A stretch of DNA of 64,000 nt. Origin: an uncultured archaeon. GTDB taxonomy: Archaea; Asgardarchaeota; Thorarchaeia; Thorarchaeales; Thorarchaeaceae. Location: NCBI GenBank assembly GCA_964590575.1, contig CAZPWM010000002.1, positions 1 through 64,000 on the forward strand, written 5' to 3'. Below the pieces are notes generated by a model. The model was not told where the DNA came from and did not search any database. It saw only the letters and a program-made list of their open reading frames with translations. Position 1 is the first letter of the stretch; each line of letters opens with the position of its first letter. A program made the position numbers and the translations under genes. Below are positions 29,893-40,639 of the stretch, in pieces.

Positions 29893-31188
29893 TTGGATGC
29901 TCCTGATATGACTGACCGGCAAAAGTTGAAAATCGATAGTAATCGTTTGAAAGAAATCAACGAGTTTCTTCTTCGTGATGATAATCCACTTGTCAACGAT
30001 CTTCTCAAGGTGATTGAGAAATACGGTGGCGTGGATGAGATAAATAGGACTGCTGAGGAAGCAAGAAAACTTGAGAATCTTCTTTCTCAACTTGAAGCAA
30101 AAGACTCCGCTTATTTGAAGGACCTCACTTGGCTTCAGGAACAACGTGACGATGATGCATTCATTTCGATACCTGATTATCGACGGAAAATTCTTGGAGA
30201 CAAGGCTGACAGCACAAAGTTCGATGACAGTTTTGCAGTCACTCTTGAGATAAGTGCATGTCAATACTTCCCTTGGCTCATTGATGAGGCAAAGCAGTCA
30301 CTCGAGAAAGATGAACTCATGCCTGGTCGTTTCATTCGTGTTAGAAACATGGCCGAGCAGACCGCAGATGACCAAGTCATTGCGTTTGCTGCTGGAATGC
30401 AGATAGTCGGTGCATCCTATGTCGAAACACTAGATACGAAGGGAACTTATCCCGGTACAGATGGTGCTCCTGTCAATGTACATCTAGGTGGTCCAGATAC
30501 GATTACTGGATATTTTGGTGGTGTTGGGATGCCAAACAAGTTTCCACTGAAATGGGCTGATGAGTATCTCAACTACTACACAACATATGGTGTAAAACAG
30601 GTCCTAAACGTCAACCCTGGTACTGTGCTGTTAGGTTACATGATGCACAAGCTTGGGATTGACATGGAGTTCAAGATATCTGTCTACATGGGGAATGATA
30701 ATCCCTATGCTTGTTTCTGGACATTGTTGACTGCAAAACTATTCAGTCGAGATGATGGTACTAGTCCTTTGATTGGTTTCAATCTTTCAAATAGTGTAGA
30801 CAATAAGACAATCGAAATGGCTGCATATGTTCGGGAAGACTTTGGTTTTGAAGATGTGGTTAGAATCGAGCACCACATCACTGAAACCTACAAATCCATC
30901 GTTCGACAACCCTACGATAGACTTCCTGAGCTACTTGAGCTTGCTGACCATGTGAAGAACATAAGCGCTAAGCATGAAGGTGCAGTCCCTGAGATTGACG
31001 CTAAACGAGAATATCCTAGCGACATCCTCGATTACTTCAGACCAAAAGCTGACATCATTGAACAAGGTCACATGTCATTTAATCTACGGAATTATCTAGA
31101 CAAACATCATTCACTGAATCGAACTGCAGAGGAACTGACCAAACGTGGTCTGACATTCATTGCTGCACAGAAATTACACAAGACGTAG
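29893..31188 (+). CDS. Hypothetical soluble protein
   Basis: 431-aa ORF with enzyme-like segments (TLEISACQYFPW, PGRFIRVR, NVHLGG, RIEHH, SAKHEG); family not recognised. Confidence 0.7.
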   Translation: MDAPDMTDRQKLKIDSNRLKEINEFLLRDDNPLVNDLLKVIEKYGGVDEINRTAEEARKLENLLSQLEAKDSAYLKDLTWLQEQRDDDAFISIPDYRRKILGDKADSTKFDDSFAVTLEISACQYFPWLIDEAKQSLEKDELMPGRFIRVRNMAEQTADDQVIAFAAGMQIVGASYVETLDTKGTYPGTDGAPVNVHLGGPDTITGYFGGVGMPNKFPLKWADEYLNYYTTYGVKQVLNVNPGTVLLGYMMHKLGIDMEFKISVYMGNDNPYACFWTLLTAKLFSRDDGTSPLIGFNLSNSVDNKTIEMAAYVREDFGFEDVVRIEHHITETYKSIVRQPYDRLPELLELADHVKNISAKHEGAVPEIDAKREYPSDILDYFRPKADIIEQGHMSFNLRNYLDKHHSLNRTAEELTKRGLTFIAAQKLHKT

Positions 31189-31218
31189 GACTACTCGTGA
31201 AATGAGAATATACGGTGG

Positions 31219-31238
31219 GAGGGCCTTAGAAGGCCCTC
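31219..31238. terminator. Hairpin between convergent genes
   Basis: GAGGGCCTT-AG-AAGGCCCTC. Confidence 0.45.
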
Positions 31239-31706
31239 TCACATGTCTGGTTGGAATATATCATCATACATATTCTGCAGTTTAGTCTTGTGAGCTTCTT
31301 CTTCTTTTGCTAGAGTTTCAAAAACAGATCTGTGTGATGAATTACCTGTTAGCTCAGAGAGCGCCTTATAGAAACTATTAGCAGCGGCCTCTTTCTTTAT
31401 TGCCACAATCACTACATCTTGTGGTGCTGATGATGGTAGAAGTGGTATATCGACGAGATATTTATCCAAATCTAATTTTTCCACCTCTTCAACAGAGCTG
31501 CAAGTGAAAGTATCACAAACCCCTTCCTTGAGTGCTTCTTCCAATTTCTGCTTATGGATTACTTCTTGACTTGCAAGATCCTTGAGCAATTTGGCAGATG
31601 CTTTCAACTCTGAATCTTCAGCGGCTTTCATGTAGAAATCGTGAGCTTCCTCCTCCCTTTTGATAGCAAGGGAGACTAATTTTTCAAAAGTCTGTTGAAC
31701 CGACAA
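31239..31706 (-). CDS. Rubrerythrin/ferritin-like di-iron protein
   Basis: AIKREEEA..FY, LASQEVIH, LAKEEEAH. Confidence 0.85.
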   Translation of the reverse strand: MSVQQTFEKLVSLAIKREEEAHDFYMKAAEDSELKASAKLLKDLASQEVIHKQKLEEALKEGVCDTFTCSSVEEVEKLDLDKYLVDIPLLPSSAPQDVVIVAIKKEAAANSFYKALSELTGNSSHRSVFETLAKEEEAHKTKLQNMYDDIFQPDM

Positions 31707-31824
31707 TGATGTTCCCCAGATTTGGCATTAAGAAAGCCCGTATTAAGCTTGATGTTAGGATAAGATACAACAAAGCAATGCTTTTGAAGTGGTTCAGTTT
31801 CGGCCGATGCTGGAGTAACAAACC

Positions 31825-32271
31825 TTGGAACAGAACAATGGACGTTCATTCAACTGTGCAGAAAGTGTAATTATGAGAGTGAATCGTGAATCATCCTTGC
31901 CAGGATTCAATGACTCTTGTATGCGTGTTGCATCAGTCTTGGGGGGCGGTTTTGCTGGGTGTGGTGAAGTCTGTGGAGCTGCTAGTGGTGCAGTCCTCGC
32001 TCTTGCCCTTCTAACTGGGACTACCGGTGATGAACCAGTAATGGACTTCAAAGAAAGACGGAGTTTTGCACGTACCGTGATAAGTGACTTCATGAACAAC
32101 TTCACCGATAACTGGGGATCAGTTGAGTGCAAATTCCTACGCGCAATGGATTCAGGTGGGGTTCCACCAAAAGGTAAACTCCGTAGTGGACCTGCTAAGA
32201 AACTCTGCGACGAGTATGTGGATTGGAGCACTGAGAAGGTGTTGAGTATCAGAGAGAATCTCAATATGTAA
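31825..32271 (+). CDS. C-GCAxxG-C-C family putative redox protein
   Basis: FNCAESV, GEVCGAASG, GSVEC, C-terminal Cys. Confidence 0.85.
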   Translation: MEQNNGRSFNCAESVIMRVNRESSLPGFNDSCMRVASVLGGGFAGCGEVCGAASGAVLALALLTGTTGDEPVMDFKERRSFARTVISDFMNNFTDNWGSVECKFLRAMDSGGVPPKGKLRSGPAKKLCDEYVDWSTEKVLSIRENLNM

Positions 32272-32275
32272 CTGA

Positions 32276-33571
32276 TTACTTCTTCTGAAACACTATCTCT
32301 TTCATTCCAGATGGTAGATACTTGTGCAATGCCTTGGGAATTTCCACACTTCCATCTTCTTTCTGATAATTCTCAATGATTGCCACCATTGTCCGCGGAT
32401 TTGCCATCATTGTGCTGTTCAAAGTGTGAAGGAATGCCTTCTCAGTACCTCCCTTCTTCAGACGGTATTTGATGTTGAGCCTGGTTGCTTGATAGGACGT
32501 GCAGTTACTGCATGAACCGCCCTCTCTATACTTTTGTTGTCCTGGAAACCAGAACTCGAGGTCCAGCTTCTTTGCAGCTACTATCCCAATATCTCCTGTA
32601 CAAACATTCACCACACGGTATGGCAATTTTAATGCTTGAATAAAGGTTTCTTCATTCTTGATTAGTTCTTCATGGATATTCCATGATTCTTCAGGCAGAC
32701 TGAACACAAACTGTTCAACTTTATTGAATTGATGCACTCTGAATATCCCCTTTGTGTCCTTACCATGAGAACCTGCCTCCTTTCTGAAACAAGTACTCAC
32801 CCCGGCAAGTTTGAGAGGAAGATCCGTTGGTTCAAATATCTCCCCCATATACATTCCTGCCATTGGATGCTCTGAGGTTGCAATCAAGTAAAGGTCCTCT
32901 CCTTCAATCTTATACATGACATTTTCAAAATCTGCAAGATCTGTTACACCCTCGTAGGGCTCCCGTCGCATCATGAATGGTGGATAGATTGGAGTGTATC
33001 CTTGCTTCAAGAGCATCTCTAGTGCCATCTGTTGCATAGCAATATCAAGCAAGACTAGTTCGTTTTTCAAATAGTAAAACCTTGAACCTGAAAGTCTTGC
33101 AGCTCTTGGGATGTCCCCTATATCTAATAATTCAAGCAAGTCTACATGGCTCCGACACTCAAAGTCGAACTCAGGTCTACCACCCCATTCTTTCACAACT
33201 TCATTATCTTCCTCATCTACACCATATGGAACACTTTCATGGAGGATATTTGGGATGCTCATTTGGATACCCCTGAGCTCTTGTTCAATCTCATCTGTTT
33301 CAGACTCTATTGTCTTGATCTTCTCATTTACCGCGTTTACCTTCTTGACAATCTTGGAATCATCCTTTCCCGATTTCTTCAGCTCACCAATCTCTCTTGA
33401 GAGTCTGTTGCGTTGAGTCCTGAGGACCTGAATTTCCTTCTTCAACGCTTTTACCTTCTCATCGAGCTTGAGAAGATACTCAAACTGTTTCAATTTTTCA
33501 TCATCCTGTCGCCGTTTCAGGTTATCACGGATTAGGTCGATGTTTTCACGAATGAATCGGATGTCTAACAT
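32276..33571 (-). CDS. serS: Serine--tRNA ligase
   Basis: MLDIRFIREN, coiled-coil arm, TSEHP, FRKEAG, FRVHQF, HTLN. Confidence 0.96.
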   Translation of the reverse strand: MLDIRFIRENIDLIRDNLKRRQDDEKLKQFEYLLKLDEKVKALKKEIQVLRTQRNRLSREIGELKKSGKDDSKIVKKVNAVNEKIKTIESETDEIEQELRGIQMSIPNILHESVPYGVDEEDNEVVKEWGGRPEFDFECRSHVDLLELLDIGDIPRAARLSGSRFYYLKNELVLLDIAMQQMALEMLLKQGYTPIYPPFMMRREPYEGVTDLADFENVMYKIEGEDLYLIATSEHPMAGMYMGEIFEPTDLPLKLAGVSTCFRKEAGSHGKDTKGIFRVHQFNKVEQFVFSLPEESWNIHEELIKNEETFIQALKLPYRVVNVCTGDIGIVAAKKLDLEFWFPGQQKYREGGSCSNCTSYQATRLNIKYRLKKGGTEKAFLHTLNSTMMANPRTMVAIIENYQKEDGSVEIPKALHKYLPSGMKEIVFQKK

Positions 33572-33654
33572 AGAACGATTTCACCTGTCAAGGTTATGTA
33601 TTCTTGAGTGATTTCAGAAGCCAGATAAGTCGTTTCCTAGTCAGCCATTGGAAA

Positions 33655-34302
33655 TCATTTCTCATCTAACTCAGCAGAAGGACACAGATCATTGAGTGAA
33701 CAATCGATGCAATTTGGCTTCCGCGACTTGCACGTTCTCCTTCCATGAGCTCCAATCAGTTTAGCGTAATCGCTCCACAGCTTTTTTGGAAGCAATTCCA
33801 TCAAGTCTCTCTCGATTTTTTGCGCATTCTTATCATGTTTACTTAAACCAAGGCGAACAGTCACACGCATAACATGCGTGTCTACTACAACTCCCACACT
33901 GAGCCCAAACACAACTGAAAGGACTACATTTGCTGTTTTCCTACTTACGCCTGGGAATGAGGTAAGTTCCTCCATAGTTTTAGGAACCTTATTGGCAAAC
34001 CTCTCGATTAGCTGGCGAGATGTTTCAGTGATGTATCCTGCTTTTTTGTTAAAAGCACCAAGTGGTCTTATGATCTGACCTATTTCATCAAGGTTTGCCT
34101 TTGCCATCTTCTCAGGAGTGGGATATTCTTTGAATAGTATTGGAGATATCTTATTCACGCCCGCATCTGTAGCGCGTGCTGAGAGAATTGTTACTATCAA
34201 CATCTCAAATGGATTCTGATAGTTCAGATACGTCTTAGGAGCATCAGGGTAGGTTTTATCCAGCATTTTGACTATCTCTACTGCTTTGCTACTCATGCTC
34301 AT
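33655..34302 (-). CDS. nth: Endonuclease III
   Basis: HhH GVSRKTANVVL, VDTHV, C-x6-C-x2-C-x5-C Fe-S motif. Confidence 0.92.
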   Translation of the reverse strand: MSMSSKAVEIVKMLDKTYPDAPKTYLNYQNPFEMLIVTILSARATDAGVNKISPILFKEYPTPEKMAKANLDEIGQIIRPLGAFNKKAGYITETSRQLIERFANKVPKTMEELTSFPGVSRKTANVVLSVVFGLSVGVVVDTHVMRVTVRLGLSKHDKNAQKIERDLMELLPKKLWSDYAKLIGAHGRRTCKSRKPNCIDCSLNDLCPSAELDEK

Positions 34303-35911
34303 CTATCTCACCATCATTGACAATCTTGGTTTCTTTTTCAGTTTTCACAAGTCCCTTGGTTGCAATCCATCCGAGTATTATGAGATTAAGACAGAAGATG
34401 ATAATGAAGAGATAGGCCTGAGGGAAATAATGGAAGATGACTCCTCCAAAATATGGGCCTATTGATGCAAATAGATAAACAATGAACCAAAACACACTGA
34501 GGATCTTCGATGTATCTCGTCTCGGGAGATTCTTTTGGATAATTGTCAGCAACAACAAATTCCACACAGCATCATTAACGGACTTCATTACTATGGCCAG
34601 AAAGGGGGTCGAAAACACAGCTCCGAGTCCAGCGAATAATGACTCGGCTTGATTAATTACTGATTGTGGAGCCCAATAGGGAAATATTGGAGCTATATAA
34701 AGAAGAAGAGCACAAATTGGCATTATGCTATAAACAATCAGTGAAGTTTTCCTCTCACCACGTCTATCAGACAACCGTCCGGTTCCCAATAGCAAAGGTA
34801 CTGATACTAGAATAGTGACGAGACTCATCAGAATTATTCCTGGAATTTCGATATGTACTTCTTCGTAGATATAGATGTAAGCACCGAATTTGAACAGTGA
34901 ATCGCTTAAGGAGTCGAAAATAGCAATAGTAATCATCCCAGGAACTGCTTTGAGGAGCAAACCTGCAGCTCTTTTGTTATCTTGGATGAAGAATCTTACG
35001 AGCGAAACACCTTCTCGTTTCACTTCTGGAGCTTTCCCCTCAAGGAAAACAGCTCTCACTATGGAAGCACCAACGAGAAATAGACCGCCAGTTAGGAACA
35101 TCAATCGAAGGCTCGGTCCAAATTCCATCATTGGAGTCAGGACGATAAAAACACCGAGAGTTATTATTCCGAAAACTCTTCCAGCACTGAAGAATGAAAT
35201 CCCCAGTCCACTGTGCTCTTTGGGGATGTTGTCCATTATGTACGCGGTTGAGCCACCTTTGAAAACATCCATTGTCGAGAAGAATATGAGCGCAATAATA
35301 ATCCATGAGAACTCTACGAAGATACCCATTATTAGATTGTATACTGCCATCATGAACATGGCTACAACTGAGAGATGCTTCCTGTTGGACACATCTCCAA
35401 CATACCCCCCAATCAGACGTGACGTTGCAGATATTGCACTCATGATGGATAATACAGTGCCAATTAACACATATTCCCAGTCCAACTTAAGTAGATAGAG
35501 ATTGAAGAATAATCCTAAGTAGCTAAAAGCAGTGAATATCCATGAAGTTACAAGGTATATAGAATAATTACGCCATGAAAAAACTGTTCGAAGAGAATCT
35601 AGGAGACTTGGGTCTTCCTTTTTTGTTTCATGGAGTCTTCCTTCAATTTCCTTGAGTCTCTCTCTGATTTTATGGAGTTTTTCCTTCTCCTCTTTTATTT
35701 CATCGAGTCTTTTTCTGTCTTCTCTCTCAGATTTCATCAAGGCTTCCTGAGCAAGAAGATCCCATTCCATCTTAGAGGGGTCATCATCCAAGTTGTTTTT
35801 GCTCCTTTCGTTAGAATGATGGATGAGTTTCACTACTCTCTTGTCTCCAAACTGGTTGAAATGTGTACTGCCGTTCCAACTGGGACCCATCCGAACTAAC
35901 TTCGGATTCAA
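34289..35911 (-). CDS. MFS transporter with N-terminal coiled coil (start probably MEWDLL near 35770)
   Basis: GGYVGDVSNRK and GRLSDRRGER motifs; about 12 TM segments. Confidence 0.8.
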   Translation of the reverse strand: MNPKLVRMGPSWNGSTHFNQFGDKRVVKLIHHSNERSKNNLDDDPSKMEWDLLAQEALMKSEREDRKRLDEIKEEKEKLHKIRERLKEIEGRLHETKKEDPSLLDSLRTVFSWRNYSIYLVTSWIFTAFSYLGLFFNLYLLKLDWEYVLIGTVLSIMSAISATSRLIGGYVGDVSNRKHLSVVAMFMMAVYNLIMGIFVEFSWIIIALIFFSTMDVFKGGSTAYIMDNIPKEHSGLGISFFSAGRVFGIITLGVFIVLTPMMEFGPSLRLMFLTGGLFLVGASIVRAVFLEGKAPEVKREGVSLVRFFIQDNKRAAGLLLKAVPGMITIAIFDSLSDSLFKFGAYIYIYEEVHIEIPGIILMSLVTILVSVPLLLGTGRLSDRRGERKTSLIVYSIMPICALLLYIAPIFPYWAPQSVINQAESLFAGLGAVFSTPFLAIVMKSVNDAVWNLLLLTIIQKNLPRRDTSKILSVFWFIVYLFASIGPYFGGVIFHYFPQAYLFIIIFCLNLIILGWIATKGLVKTEKETKIVNDGEIDEHE

Positions 35912-36056
35912 TATGAACGGCGTGAGAATAAGTAGGTGTACTGAATGAAGCTATATAGATGCCTCACTTTTCATACATACTGTACTAACTGTACTTCTCC
36001 GGGGTGACCGAAGTGACCCCGGTTATACGCCGGGTCCATTGCATTCACCGTGGCTA

Positions 36057-36326
36057 CTATTCGAACACTAGCACCTTGATGTCACCATCCGCTGTCGGGA
36101 TGGCCATGATTTTCTGTGTGCCGATGTCCGCTGTAACCACAAGACTCTCTGGTGGTGCATTTGCACTGATCAGATTCCTTACTGCAAGCTCGAGGTTGAT
36201 AGCAATGAGTCTAACAGTTTCTGAATCAGTGAATGAGTCCACCTCACGTCCATTCTCGGGCGTGGTGATGTCTCCGAATACTGGTTCGATTCTTTGTGTT
36301 CGTATCATTTTCTTTTTTTCCTCCAT
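36057..36326 (-). CDS. Hypothetical protein (89 aa)
   Basis: Globular-looking ORF followed by a GC hairpin at 35999-36022. Confidence 0.6.
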   Translation of the reverse strand: MEEKKKMIRTQRIEPVFGDITTPENGREVDSFTDSETVRLIAINLELAVRNLISANAPPESLVVTADIGTQKIMAIPTADGDIKVLVFE

Positions 36327-36354
36327 AACGGGTTAACCGTATGTTTTTCGTTTT

Positions 36355-36561
36355 TTACCAAGGCTCATAACATGGGGCGTCTGGTTTTCCATCCATCATT
36401 TTTTGTTTTCTCTCCTCGTATACTTCATTGTTCTCCAATCTCTCGTAAGGTCGGTTTTGGACTCTCTCCCGGATCCAAGGGAGTGGGTCCGGAATCCAAT
36501 TCTCCTTCGTTGTAGATTCTCTCTTTGAACTCTCACACTGCAGAGAATGACAAGAATCCAT
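36355..36561 (-). CDS. Possible small protein (68 aa)
   Basis: Co-oriented with and tightly packed between neighbours; contains IPDPLPW and ends APCYEPW. Confidence 0.4.
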   Translation of the reverse strand: MDSCHSLQCESSKRESTTKENWIPDPLPWIRERVQNRPYERLENNEVYEERKQKMMDGKPDAPCYEPW

Positions 36562-36643
36562 ACCAACCGTGCCAGCAACGATTCATTCCAACTGATGTAC
36601 TGCCTGTGTTCACCTATTTCCTAGTCGTCGTACATGACGATGA

Positions 36644-36841
36644 CTAGAAGGGACTAGGATCTTCACATGGCGGCTGCACAACAGTAGAAATGCCGCGCAC
36701 AACTCCGATTGATAACAACTCCAATGCTGCACGATTCTTAGTCATGCTCTCGTAAAGAGTTCTCATCCGGTCAGTGCTTATCGTTTTCACCTCCGTCGCT
36801 GGTTGTTGATATGGCGGATTCACTTGATTTTCTATGGTCAA
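36644..36841 (-). CDS. Possible small protein (65 aa)
   Basis: Co-oriented small ORF ending PPCEDPSPF. Confidence 0.4.
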   Translation of the reverse strand: MTIENQVNPPYQQPATEVKTISTDRMRTLYESMTKNRAALELLSIGVVRGISTVVQPPCEDPSPF

Positions 36842-37143
36842 TGCGGTCTATGTTTCTCTTGTTCATAGCTTACGCCTACCTTAGACTAACTTGGAAGCTA
36901 GATACAACTGACATAGTCAGAATTACCTATCTTCTGAGCTCAGTCTGCAGTGTGAATCCAAGTAAGATACTAGGAAACGAGTATAATAAGGGAGTGTCGC
37001 ACAAAGAACCACTTCTAGTAAGCCTCTTAGCGCTTTTTCAGGCCTGTTTTACAAAATTCATTGAAAATTATGTCAAACTCAACTTATTGTTTCAACAAAT
37101 ACGACTGACATCACATTCATAACTAAACAATTGGCCATAATAC

Positions 37144-38253
37144 GTGGGTATTTTCTTGACAATATCGCGGTCTCTTAGTCGTAGCGAGTTACATCTACTC
37201 AATAGACTTGCTCTCGATCCGTCGATGAAACGGGCTAATCTTGCACGTGAACTTGGCGTGACGAGATCGGCAATAAGCCAACTATGGACTAAACTTGAAA
37301 AAGAATACGAATTAGTCGTTCGCAGCAACATTGATTATGGACAGCTTGGTTTGCGTCTTTTGTTTGGCTGGGCAAAAGCCTCTGAAACCTCAGATGTTTT
37401 AATGAAATTCTCTCAATGGTTGAAATCAAATTCCCTTGTTACGAGACTTACCAATTCTGTGATGTCGTCAACCTTGGGTGAGATAATATATTTCGAAGTA
37501 ATATCTCCACTTGGTGAAAGGCACTCGTGGTTTCAAAAACAGATTGATCGATTTAGGAAGCGGCCATATAGCTTGAATATCGAGCTAGGTGAAGCATCAA
37601 ACATTTCGTACAACATGAACCTTGCTCTCTTCAATGGAACCACTTGGTCATTCAGCAACGATTTTCGGCTTCTTGCATCTATTGATGCCGCGAAGGGGTA
37701 TGTTGATGTGCTACCATCTGTTGGTAATGTCGAACAAACCGAAGGTGCGACTATCTCACTCGAAGATTTGGTTATTGCATCTGCAGTCGAGTCTAACTAT
37801 CATGTGACTGCGGCTGAGCTTGCGAATAAATTTACAGATCTGCAAATGAAACCTAGTGCAGGAAGAACACTCCGACGCAAGATTGCCAATATGAGGATGA
37901 AAGTATCTATTCCTTATGCAGACCTTCAGAATATCGGACTCTCTCAAAAGCTCATTGTCTGTATTAAAACAGAATCCGAGGAGTCGTCTTTCTCGCGGGT
38001 TCTTCATGCACAAGCCAGTACATTCCCTAAAGCGAGGGTTATTTCGAGTCAATCAATGACCGTGCTCGATTTAGAGGCGCCAAAAGCAGTGGATTGGCTG
38101 ACCGTGTCACAAATACTCACCAATCTCGCAGGTAACACTTCAGAGATATGTACATTTATAGCAGACCGTAATGAGATTAGTAAACGACTTGAGAGTGTGG
38201 TTTCAGCAATTGCATCACGTATGCCCTCTGGAGATCATCAAGTTCGGCGTTGA
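37144..38253 (+). CDS. Multi-domain winged-HTH (Lrp/AsnC-like) regulator
   Basis: N-terminal HTH RANLARELGVTRSAISQ followed by IDYGQLGL; a second HTH-like segment. Confidence 0.65.
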   Translation: MGIFLTISRSLSRSELHLLNRLALDPSMKRANLARELGVTRSAISQLWTKLEKEYELVVRSNIDYGQLGLRLLFGWAKASETSDVLMKFSQWLKSNSLVTRLTNSVMSSTLGEIIYFEVISPLGERHSWFQKQIDRFRKRPYSLNIELGEASNISYNMNLALFNGTTWSFSNDFRLLASIDAAKGYVDVLPSVGNVEQTEGATISLEDLVIASAVESNYHVTAAELANKFTDLQMKPSAGRTLRRKIANMRMKVSIPYADLQNIGLSQKLIVCIKTESEESSFSRVLHAQASTFPKARVISSQSMTVLDLEAPKAVDWLTVSQILTNLAGNTSEICTFIADRNEISKRLESVVSAIASRMPSGDHQVRR

Positions 38254-39722
38254 AAAAATTGGATAATGCTCGTACACCATCTGGAAAATCCTTTCAAGAT
38301 ATCCCATCACGTAAGAGCATTTCAATTGATATTGAAACTCCATACGACGACCTTTTCCCAAGCGTCAACGATTCATCAGTGCAATTCTATCTTGATGCGA
38401 TGCGTATCTATCTAGGAATTTGTGCTGGCACTGTTTCAATAGATAGCGCATTGAAAGCAGTTGAACGGTTGAAAGGAAATCCAGAGTATGTCGCTTATCC
38501 TACTAATCCTACGCTGGTCCCAATTAATAATATGTTCAAGAATAAAGTCTTAGAGAATCTAAAGACATTGAGCAAGTTTAATTTGCTTACAAGAGACTCC
38601 GTTAGATCCGCTTATACGTTTGCGTTTCTAACTGAAGAAGTTCCAATTACAAAGACTGACTATGACGTACTCAGTCTCCTGACAATTGACCCAACAATCA
38701 CTCTTGTTAGGGCTGCTGAAGTATTAAAAATGGCTCCTCGAACGGTTGCCAGATCATTGGATCGTATTCGTGAACGTCATTATGTGAGATTTAGTGCACT
38801 ACTTGATTACTCAGCATTCAACATCCAATCTATAATGCTCTTCTTCACACTTCAGGACAATGTCGATTGGACTGAAGTAGAAAGAGGGTTATCGGAGTAT
38901 CCATTTACAAAAAGTCTCCTTAAGACCACAATGACCGATCTTGGCTATGTCACATTCATGATACCGAACCATGAGAAAAATCTCCCAGCATTCCATGATT
39001 CGCTTAGATCAGTTTCTAGAACCTACTTCGACTACGCAAGCCTTCATCATCAGACCGGATCTGGCGCAAAATCAAATCTAGCACTTTTCAAAGATGGTCG
39101 TTGGGCTCTTGCGCGAGCTGTAGATTCTCCCTTTGAAGATGCAAAGCTAGACGTGGCTGGTTTGCCTCTTTTACTGCTGTGTAAAGGTGTAAAGAACGAT
39201 TTTGGTCAGACCGATTTAGCTGTGGGTTCACAACTTCAATTAGATGTCCGTGCCCCACCAAGTAAAATCAGTAAGAGTTTGGCTACCCATGGGTGGGAGA
39301 TTGATCCCCGGCGTATATCTCAGGTCATCCAAAAACTTCATAGCAGGGCATTAATCCATCCCTATGTAACAGTGCAAGGTCTTGGACTATCATCGAATTT
39401 TTGTTTTGAAATAGTCTGTAACGAATCTTGGAGAGACCGTATTCTCTCCACAATCGTCACATTTCCTTGGACTATGTATTATCTCTCAGCCAGAGGAATT
39501 ATAGTTTGGACAAGCGTGCCAGCTTATCATCAGGTAGAATACTATCAGGTATTTCGAGCTCTTCAACAAATGAGTGGCGTTGAAATCGTTCAACCCATCA
39601 TGACAATTAGTCAGAGCGGGTCAAGATCAACCATTGACCTCACTCGAAACTGGGAGTATGAAAATGGAGTCTGGTCTGTTACACCGGAAGAAGTTGACCT
39701 TCGTCAATACCTTCTCTCCTAA
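38250..39722 (+). CDS. Multi-domain winged-HTH (Lrp/AsnC-like) regulator
   Basis: HTH LVRAAEVLKMAPRTVARSL followed by LDYSAFNI; 4-bp overlap with the upstream gene. Confidence 0.6.
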   Translation: MKKLDNARTPSGKSFQDIPSRKSISIDIETPYDDLFPSVNDSSVQFYLDAMRIYLGICAGTVSIDSALKAVERLKGNPEYVAYPTNPTLVPINNMFKNKVLENLKTLSKFNLLTRDSVRSAYTFAFLTEEVPITKTDYDVLSLLTIDPTITLVRAAEVLKMAPRTVARSLDRIRERHYVRFSALLDYSAFNIQSIMLFFTLQDNVDWTEVERGLSEYPFTKSLLKTTMTDLGYVTFMIPNHEKNLPAFHDSLRSVSRTYFDYASLHHQTGSGAKSNLALFKDGRWALARAVDSPFEDAKLDVAGLPLLLLCKGVKNDFGQTDLAVGSQLQLDVRAPPSKISKSLATHGWEIDPRRISQVIQKLHSRALIHPYVTVQGLGLSSNFCFEIVCNESWRDRILSTIVTFPWTMYYLSARGIIVWTSVPAYHQVEYYQVFRALQQMSGVEIVQPIMTISQSGSRSTIDLTRNWEYENGVWSVTPEEVDLRQYLLS

Positions 39723-40639
39723 TCTGCGTAATAGATTGATTTTGCATTCACTAGAATTTCCACACCATGCTGTCTAATTCCCTGAGGCGGACCAAAAACA
39801 ATTGATGTAAAACCCATCTTCTCTAAAGCTTTCATATAAACATGGAGTTGTTCACTAGTCCCGCAAAATGCAAATCTTTGCAAGAACTCGCTTCCCAACG
39901 AATTTACAACATCCATTCTCATTTGCCCATGTTCCTTCATCAAGCCTCTAGCCGTCTGTAGACGATTCTGGAATCCAAAGGAATTACTGACTACACGACT
40001 TAGACCAATAGCGACCATTGCAGCTGAGTATGAAATTGATTCATTTGATAAGAAATCTTGACAATCTCCAACATATGTAGGTGGAAAAAGGCCAAGTTGA
40101 AAACCTGCAGGAATTTCGTTCTTGATCTGGTTCAGAGCCCATTCTATCATCTCAAGATCTGAGTAGTTGAGTAGGACACCATCTGCCTTTAGTGCTGCCT
40201 TGATCATCACTGGTCCTTGAGCTCCAAGGAATACAGAACAACTATGTCCTGCTTCTGATATCCGCTGCTTTATCTCCATAAGTGCACTTGTAGTCTTTTC
40301 GACCATGATTTTAGATGAGTATGATATACCCACTCTAGCTAGAGCAAGTTTGTCCCCAGGACCTAATAAGAGGTCAAATCTTTCTCCATAGCTATCAGCC
40401 AGAGTCGACATGAACTGCACAATCTGTGTTGAGGAGTATAGAAGCGGACTCACAAGACCTACTCCAATTCTGCATGATTTGGTTCTCTCAGCAATCGCTG
40501 CTGCTACAGTTGGAGCGTATCTTAGGGCTGGAAAATCTGTAATCCATACTTGGTCGATTCCACCTCGGTCAGCATGCTCTGCCTTTTGCAAGGTTTCAGT
40601 AATTGTTTCTCTGACATTGAGAGCAACTCCCCATCTCAT
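39719..40639 (-). CDS. Luciferase-like (LLM) / Mer-like oxidoreductase
   Basis: VWITD, RIGVG, LGPGD, GAQGPVMI, ADGVLLN. Confidence 0.85.
   Translation of the reverse strand: MRWGVALNVRETITETLQKAEHADRGGIDQVWITDFPALRYAPTVAAAIAERTKSCRIGVGLVSPLLYSSTQIVQFMSTLADSYGERFDLLLGPGDKLALARVGISYSSKIMVEKTTSALMEIKQRISEAGHSCSVFLGAQGPVMIKAALKADGVLLNYSDLEMIEWALNQIKNEIPAGFQLGLFPPTYVGDCQDFLSNESISYSAAMVAIGLSRVVSNSFGFQNRLQTARGLMKEHGQMRMDVVNSLGSEFLQRFAFCGTSEQLHVYMKALEKMGFTSIVFGPPQGIRQHGVEILVNAKSIYYAD

Noticed and set aside
31794-32271. Selenocysteine in the C-GCAxxG-C-C protein
   Set aside because: All motif positions are Cys codons and no in-frame TGA extension or SECIS was seen
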